A DNA stretch of 43,531 nucleotides, taken from NCBI GenBank assembly GCA_963792965.1, contig CAWBYW010000037.1, positions 1 to 43,531 on the forward strand, given 5' to 3'. The notes under the pieces are model-generated. The model was given only the letters and a program-made list of their open reading frames with translations, searched no databases and was not told the DNA's origin. Both the position numbers and the translations under genes were made by a program. Below, in pieces: positions 38,319-43,531 of this stretch (within the stretch, counting starts at the first letter, position 1; each line of letters begins with the position of its first letter). Origin of the DNA: an uncultured delta proteobacterium. GTDB lineage: Bacteria; Desulfobacterota; Zymogenia; Zymogenales; Zymogenaceae.

Positions 38319-40467
38319 ATGAAAATCGTCGGTAGCGCGAAAAGATTCATCCTCTCACATCGTCCGCCAGCCTCATCTTCCTCGATCTCCTTTGCGGTAT
38401 ATCTGTTTACCCTCTGTCCCACGTTCTACTGGAGGGATTCGGCGGAGTTCGTTGACGCCGCCTTCGCCCTCGGGGTCGGCCACCCTGCGGGGTTCCCGAC
38501 GTACCTCCCGCTCGCGAACCTGATGACCTTTTTGCCGTTCGGTCCCATCGCCTTCAAGATCAACCTTGCTTCGGCCTTGATGGGGGCGGCGGCGTCGGTC
38601 GCGCTCTTTTATCTCACCCGCGCATTGATAGTCACGCTCGGAGGAGAAAGAAACGGCCGCGCACTCCTCTTTTCCTGCGCCACGGCCCTTACCTTCGCGT
38701 TTTCCTTCTCTCTCTGGGAAAGCTCCGTCGCCGCGGAAGTCTATACCGGCTGGGCGCTGGGCTGTGCGGTCATTCTGCTGCTTGCCGTTTCCTGGGCCCA
38801 GTCGAAGGATCGCCGCTTCCTCCTCGCGGGATCGTTCGTCTACGGATTGACGGCGGGGAATCCACGGGGCTTCCGTCTTCTTTCTCCCCGGGTTGCTCAT
38901 ATTTGTGATTCTCAATTATAAGGAACGCCTCAAGCCGGCGGACCTCTTGATGGTCATCTTCTTCTTTTTGGTCGGGTTTTCCGTATATCTCTATCTTCCG
39001 CTCCGCTCGGCGGCGGGCCCAAGAATGGACTGGGGCAACCCCCGGACGCTTGAGGGATTTCTTATCCAGATCTTTGACAAGAAGGACACCGCCTATCACT
39101 TTGCCGTGTCTCGCGGCGGTTTTCCTCAAAAACTCGGAGAGTTCTTATATATAACGGGCCGGGAATTGACGTTCCTCTGGCCGCTTACGGCGCTGTTCGG
39201 CTTCTATCTTGCCGTAAAGAAAAACTGGAAGCTCTTTGTCCTCCTCATCCTCTTTTTTCTTGCACAGATAACCTTCTTTATCTGGTATTGGAGCGTCGGG
39301 ACGATTTACATCCCCTCCTATGTCGTGCTCATGGCGATGGGGGGCGTGGGGCTCTATTTTATTGCAGAACGGCTGTCTAGGATGCCGAACATCAGGGTAA
39401 ACGCGGCGCGCATCCTGGCCGCGGCCGCGATTGCCCTCGTCTTCTTTAACCTATTGATCAACTACGGGGAATTGGATAAGTCCGACTATTATGCGGCCGA
39501 GAATTTCACATTGTCCGATTACCACCGCTTCGATTATCGCGCGATGGTCGTCACTAACCTTCTTTGGCCGAATTTCTATTGCCTCCAGGATATAGACCGT
39601 CTCCGGGAAGATCTGGTCATCATTGCCGTCGGAGATGTTATAGAGCCCGATTACTTTAACCGATTTACGCAAGAGCGATTCCCGATGCTCGCCGTTCCGC
39701 CGGGAGAGCCGACCAAAGAGACCGGTGTCACCTTCCTCAAAAACCTGATTTTTCTGAATTCCCACCATCGGACTGTATACCTCGGCCCCGATCAAGACAT
39801 CATCATGAGGCTCTCGTACCGAGTGCTTCCGGAGCTGCTCTTCTTCAGATTGGTCACCGAAAAAGAGACACAAAATGTTCCGAAGGAGTATTACGCCGCG
39901 TACGAAAAGAGGCTGGATGCCTTCGTCTCCCAGGAGATCGAATCACAGGGGCCGAATTTCTTTGAGGACGAAGTCTTTGTCGACTATTACCGTATCGTCT
40001 TTACCACCCTCTCAGCCTACCTGATAGACAGGAAATTGTGGGATGAGGAGCTGGAGGTGCTTCGATATTCCGCGAGCCTTAATTCCTTAACGATCGATCA
40101 GATGGTCGACACGGGTATCGCGCTCATGAATAGGGGTGAAAATACCGATGCGGAGATAGCCCTCAGGCGTTGTCTCGACGCCGAGCCGGCCAACAAGCGG
40201 GCGCACATCTATCTCGGCCACGTCCTCGTCGCGGAGGGGAGGCTTGACGAGGCCCAAAAGGAATTCGACACGGTTCTCAGGCTACATGGCGAGGAATTTG
40301 CCGCGTATTTCGGGATGGGGCTTGTTGCGTACGAGCGAGGTAATCTGAGCCAGGCGCGAGACCTGCTCAAGAAGGCCGGGGGGCATATCACCGGCAAGAC
40401 AAGTAAGGACGATGAGAAGCGTCTGCGCTCCCTCCTGGCCGATATCCAGTCAAAGATCTCGCCGTAG
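38319..40467 (+). CDS. DUF2723/TMEM260-like GT-C membrane glycosyltransferase with C-terminal TPRs, +1 frameshift near 38855-38860
   Basis: WRDSAEF, GVGHPAGFPTY, AEVY, YLYLPLRS...WGNP motifs; many TM helices; TPR-like C-terminus. Confidence 0.82.
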
Positions 40468-40557
40468 CCGATGGTCCGTCCGGAGTCGTCTGTCTATCCG
40501 AAGTGTCGGCTGGAGATGACGCTGTGGTGTTTTCTCCTCGTTGTTTGAAGGAGTTGG

Positions 40558-41313
40558 ATGAAAGACGAAAAATACCTAAGTATATTCAGCGATCTCGAAT
40601 CTGATATTTCGCTTCCCGATACGCCTTATCAGGCAAGACATATCAGCTACCTCATTAACCATCGCCAGCGTTTTATCAGCGACCTCCTGCTCGTCAGGAA
40701 ACACCATACTTCGGGAAAGATACTGGAAATCGGCTCTCACCCGTACCACCTCACCTATGCAATGAAACGACTCGGTTATGATGTCGTTGGATTGGATATC
40801 GACCCGCAACGATACGACCACTTCATCAGGAAACACGGACTCTCCGTCATCAAAAGTGATATCGAAACGGATCCGCTCCCTTTTGAGGATAATACGTTCA
40901 ACCTGATCCTCTTTAACGAGGTGTTTGAGCATCTCAGGATCGACCCCATCAGGACGCTGATCGAAATCAACCGGGTATCACGTCCGGGCGGGATCATGAT
41001 CCTTTCGACCCCGAACCTTTATGCCCTGCATAGGATCCTCTTGTTCCTCGTCGGCAGGGGGATCAAGGATCCCTATGGGGCCTTTAAACAAATGCACGAT
41101 GTCGGACATATGGGTCATATTCGGGAATACTCGGTAAAGGAAGTCAAAAAGTTCTTAACGAATACCGGATGGAAGGTGGAGGCCGTTCACTATCGAACGT
41201 ACAAATACTACATTAAGGGGAAATGGGGAAAGCTCGCAAATCTTATCTATCACGTGACCCCTCGGCCTTTTTCCCCGTATCTTGTTTTTATCAACAGAAA
41301 ACCAGAAGAATAG
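40558..41313 (+). CDS. Class I SAM-dependent methyltransferase
   Basis: ILEIGS, VGLDID, LPFEDNTFNLI, EVFEHL, PGGIMILSTPN, HIREYS. Confidence 0.9.
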   Translation: MKDEKYLSIFSDLESDISLPDTPYQARHISYLINHRQRFISDLLLVRKHHTSGKILEIGSHPYHLTYAMKRLGYDVVGLDIDPQRYDHFIRKHGLSVIKSDIETDPLPFEDNTFNLILFNEVFEHLRIDPIRTLIEINRVSRPGGIMILSTPNLYALHRILLFLVGRGIKDPYGAFKQMHDVGHMGHIREYSVKEVKKFLTNTGWKVEAVHYRTYKYYIKGKWGKLANLIYHVTPRPFSPYLVFINRKPEE

Positions 41314-41374
41314 CGGGACGTGGGAGTAACGTGATCAAAAGACCGCCGCCCCTCGCTGTCGATTGTGACAAACA

Positions 41375-42325
41375 ATGAGAAAGAAAAAGAAAGTATGTGT
41401 CGTCATCCCGGCATATAACGTCGGCAGGCTCGTTGTGCAGGTGTTGGATGGGCTGCCCGATTTTGTCGACAGGGCGGTCGTGGTCGACGATTTTAGCAGT
41501 GACGATACCGCGAAACGAGTTAAAGGATATCATGGCCGTTTCACGGGAAAGGTAAAGCTGATTACGATGCCCAAGAATGTGGGCGTCGGGGGGGCAATAG
41601 CGAGGGGATATAGGGATGTTCTCGAGAACGGCGATGATATCGCCGTGGTCATGGCGGGGGACAACCAGATGGATCCTCGTGACCTTCCCGCGATGGTCGA
41701 TCCCGTGGCGGATGGCCTGTGCGACTATAGCAAAGGGAACAGACTCTTCATGGGCGGGGCCTGGAACATGATCCCCAAGGTCAGGTACCTCGGCAATTCT
41801 TTTTTGTCGCTCTTAACCAAGGTCGCCTCGGGATACTGGCACGTGGCCGACTCACAGTCGGGGTATACGGCGATCAATCGTGAAACGCTCGAAAAGATCG
41901 ATATCGACGATATTTATCCCCGCTACGGGATGCCGAACGATATGCTCATTAAGCTTAATATCGTCGGCGCACGGGTAAGGGACGTGCCGGTGCGGCCCAT
42001 CTATAACGTGGGGGAAAAATCGGGAATCAGGCTTTATAGGGTAATCCCGACGATTACCTGGCTTCTCATCGACGGTTTCTTCACGCGAATGACCAAGAAG
42101 TATATCATCTTTGATTTCCATCCCCTCGTCTTCTTTTACATCATGGGGCTGGTGCTTGCCCCCGTCGGAGGAATATTCGGGTTCTATCTCTTTGTTTTGA
42201 GGCTCTTAGGATATGGCGTGGCAACGACGAGCGCCCTCTTTGCGGCATTCTTCTTCATCTCGGGACTTCAATCGCTCTTCTTTGCGATGTGGTTCGATAT
42301 GGAGTATAATAAGACCCTTCGATAG
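41375..42325 (+). CDS. Glycosyltransferase family 2 (DPM1/polyprenol-phosphate glycosyltransferase-like) with two C-terminal TM helices
   Basis: VVIPAYN, VVDDFSSD, NVGVGGA, AGDNQ, DSQSGY. Confidence 0.9.
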   Translation: MRKKKKVCVVIPAYNVGRLVVQVLDGLPDFVDRAVVVDDFSSDDTAKRVKGYHGRFTGKVKLITMPKNVGVGGAIARGYRDVLENGDDIAVVMAGDNQMDPRDLPAMVDPVADGLCDYSKGNRLFMGGAWNMIPKVRYLGNSFLSLLTKVASGYWHVADSQSGYTAINRETLEKIDIDDIYPRYGMPNDMLIKLNIVGARVRDVPVRPIYNVGEKSGIRLYRVIPTITWLLIDGFFTRMTKKYIIFDFHPLVFFYIMGLVLAPVGGIFGFYLFVLRLLGYGVATTSALFAAFFFISGLQSLFFAMWFDMEYNKTLR

Positions 42326-42367
42326 TCGATTAATAAGGAAACAGTGCAGGGAAGAATAGCGAAGGGC

Positions 42368-42905
42368 ATGAAGATCTTGCTGGTGACGAGCTCCTTTCCT
42401 CGGAGATCGGGGGACTGGGTGGGGGTTTTTCTATTTTCTCTCGCGCGCGAACTGGTGCGGCGGGGACACCGAATCACCGTTCTCTGTCCCCACGCGGCGG
42501 GCTGCCCCCTTGAAGAAACGGTGGACGGCGTCGTCGTGAGGAGATTTCGCTATATGTGGCCGGGGCGGTTTGAGACCCTCGCCTACGGCCGGGGGATGCT
42601 CCCCAACGTCCGGGAGAACCCGGCGCGACTGTTGCTGTTATTCCCGTACCTCGTTTCCCTCGGGATCCGCCTGAGGGAGTTGGCCGGAGAGTATGATCTG
42701 GTCAATGTCCACTTTTTGATTCCGCAGGGGCTTGCGGCCCGGATCTTCGGGGTGCGGGCGGTCGTGAGTATACATGGGAGCGACGTCAGCCTTGGGCGCG
42801 CGGGCCTGGGGAGGCTCCTTCTGGGTTTTGCTCTCTCGCAAGCACGAGCCGTGACGGCCAACAGCCGCGCGACGGCCCGGCGGGTGGAGGGCCTCGTGCC
42901 CAAAA
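42368..42905 (+). CDS. Glycosyltransferase family 4, N-terminal half only (truncated)
   Basis: MKILLVTSSFP, LARELVRRGH, VHFLIPQG, SIHGSDV, TANS; homology ends at ~42905 with no C-terminal GT-B domain. Confidence 0.8.
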
Positions 42906-43531
42906 TGAATACCGATGGTGCGGATGCGGGGTGGGTGGAGGCTCGGCCACCCAAAGCGAAGAGATCTTCCTCGAGCCCTCTTGACATCTCGTGAACTCAT
43001 CATCCACTAAGGGGCATGGGTCTGCGTGAAGCATGGCCTGATGAACTTCCAGGACAACGTGCTCATTGGAGAAGTTTTCAGCATGAGCTGAAAGGAACCT
43101 TGGGCGGGTGGCACAGTGACAAGGTACAACCGTTTAACGACAGTAACCACCAATCAACTTCCAACCTCTCTTTGCACACAAACTCGGTCCTTCCTTCGTC
43201 GTCCCATTCCTTCGGGAAAATGCGGAGAGTTCGGCGGCTGAGGACGGTGGTTGGAGGCGGTGGTGGCGGCCAGCGAGAGCTGTACACAAGGTGGTGGAGG
43301 CGACGGTGGCGCGGGGGTGCGCCAATGATCGAGACAGAGCACTAGTTAACTCTCCTCAGAGCACTTGAAGGCCCGATGCCGCACAGGCAGATCATATTGG
43401 ATACGAGTGACACGGCTTTTGCTGAACACCTTCTTATGTGGCGAGGAAGAACAAGGACAAGAAGCAGTCTTCACTGAGAAAGTGCAGTGGCGTAGTTCTG
43501 GTGGCGGCGTGATTTGGCACAATGTGGCAAT
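42906..43531. other. Unrelated terminal sequence (possible chimeric join or foreign DNA)
   Basis: Abrupt loss of the GT4 reading frame, no long ORF with host-like codon usage, GGT/GGC low-complexity runs. Confidence 0.55.

Overview
GC-rich chromosomal segment from an anaerobic bacterium. Gene content (PilR/sigma54 pilA, VorB, HypAB, CoA-transferase-GNAT fusions) suggests a Desulfobacterota/deltaproteobacterial lineage; this is an inference. The backbone carries an aldo/keto reductase, a DAG-kinase-family gene, a nitrilase-family amidase, argS-SPOR, ferredoxin-vorB, three tandem acetyl-CoA hydrolase/transferase-GNAT fusions (two share ~1.45 kb of near-identical DNA), an MBL hydrolase, ycgN-like, hypA-hypB, two AcdA-like CoA-binding proteins, rmlACBD, three signal peptidase I paralogs (the third lacks both catalytic residues), a DUF4845-like gene, pyrR-pyrB-pyrC, a transglutaminase-like lipoprotein, and pilR-sigma54-pilA followed by glycosylation genes. 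Two AT-rich insertions look defence-like. One is a DUF3644(HEPN-like)-PIN-membrane protein operon at 1.6-4.2 kb. The other is a single HEPN-motif gene at 29.9-31.0 kb, bracketed by two ~58-bp palindromic sites with the geometry of attL/attR half-site swaps, and is the most unusual feature in the window. Intergenic regions contain a recurring composite repeat (co-varying hairpins, purine tract, GTAG-type REP) and a GTCATTGCGAG repeat family. At least seven genes carry single-base insertions, mostly in short homopolymers, consistent with long-read errors. The last ~630 bp look foreign or chimeric.
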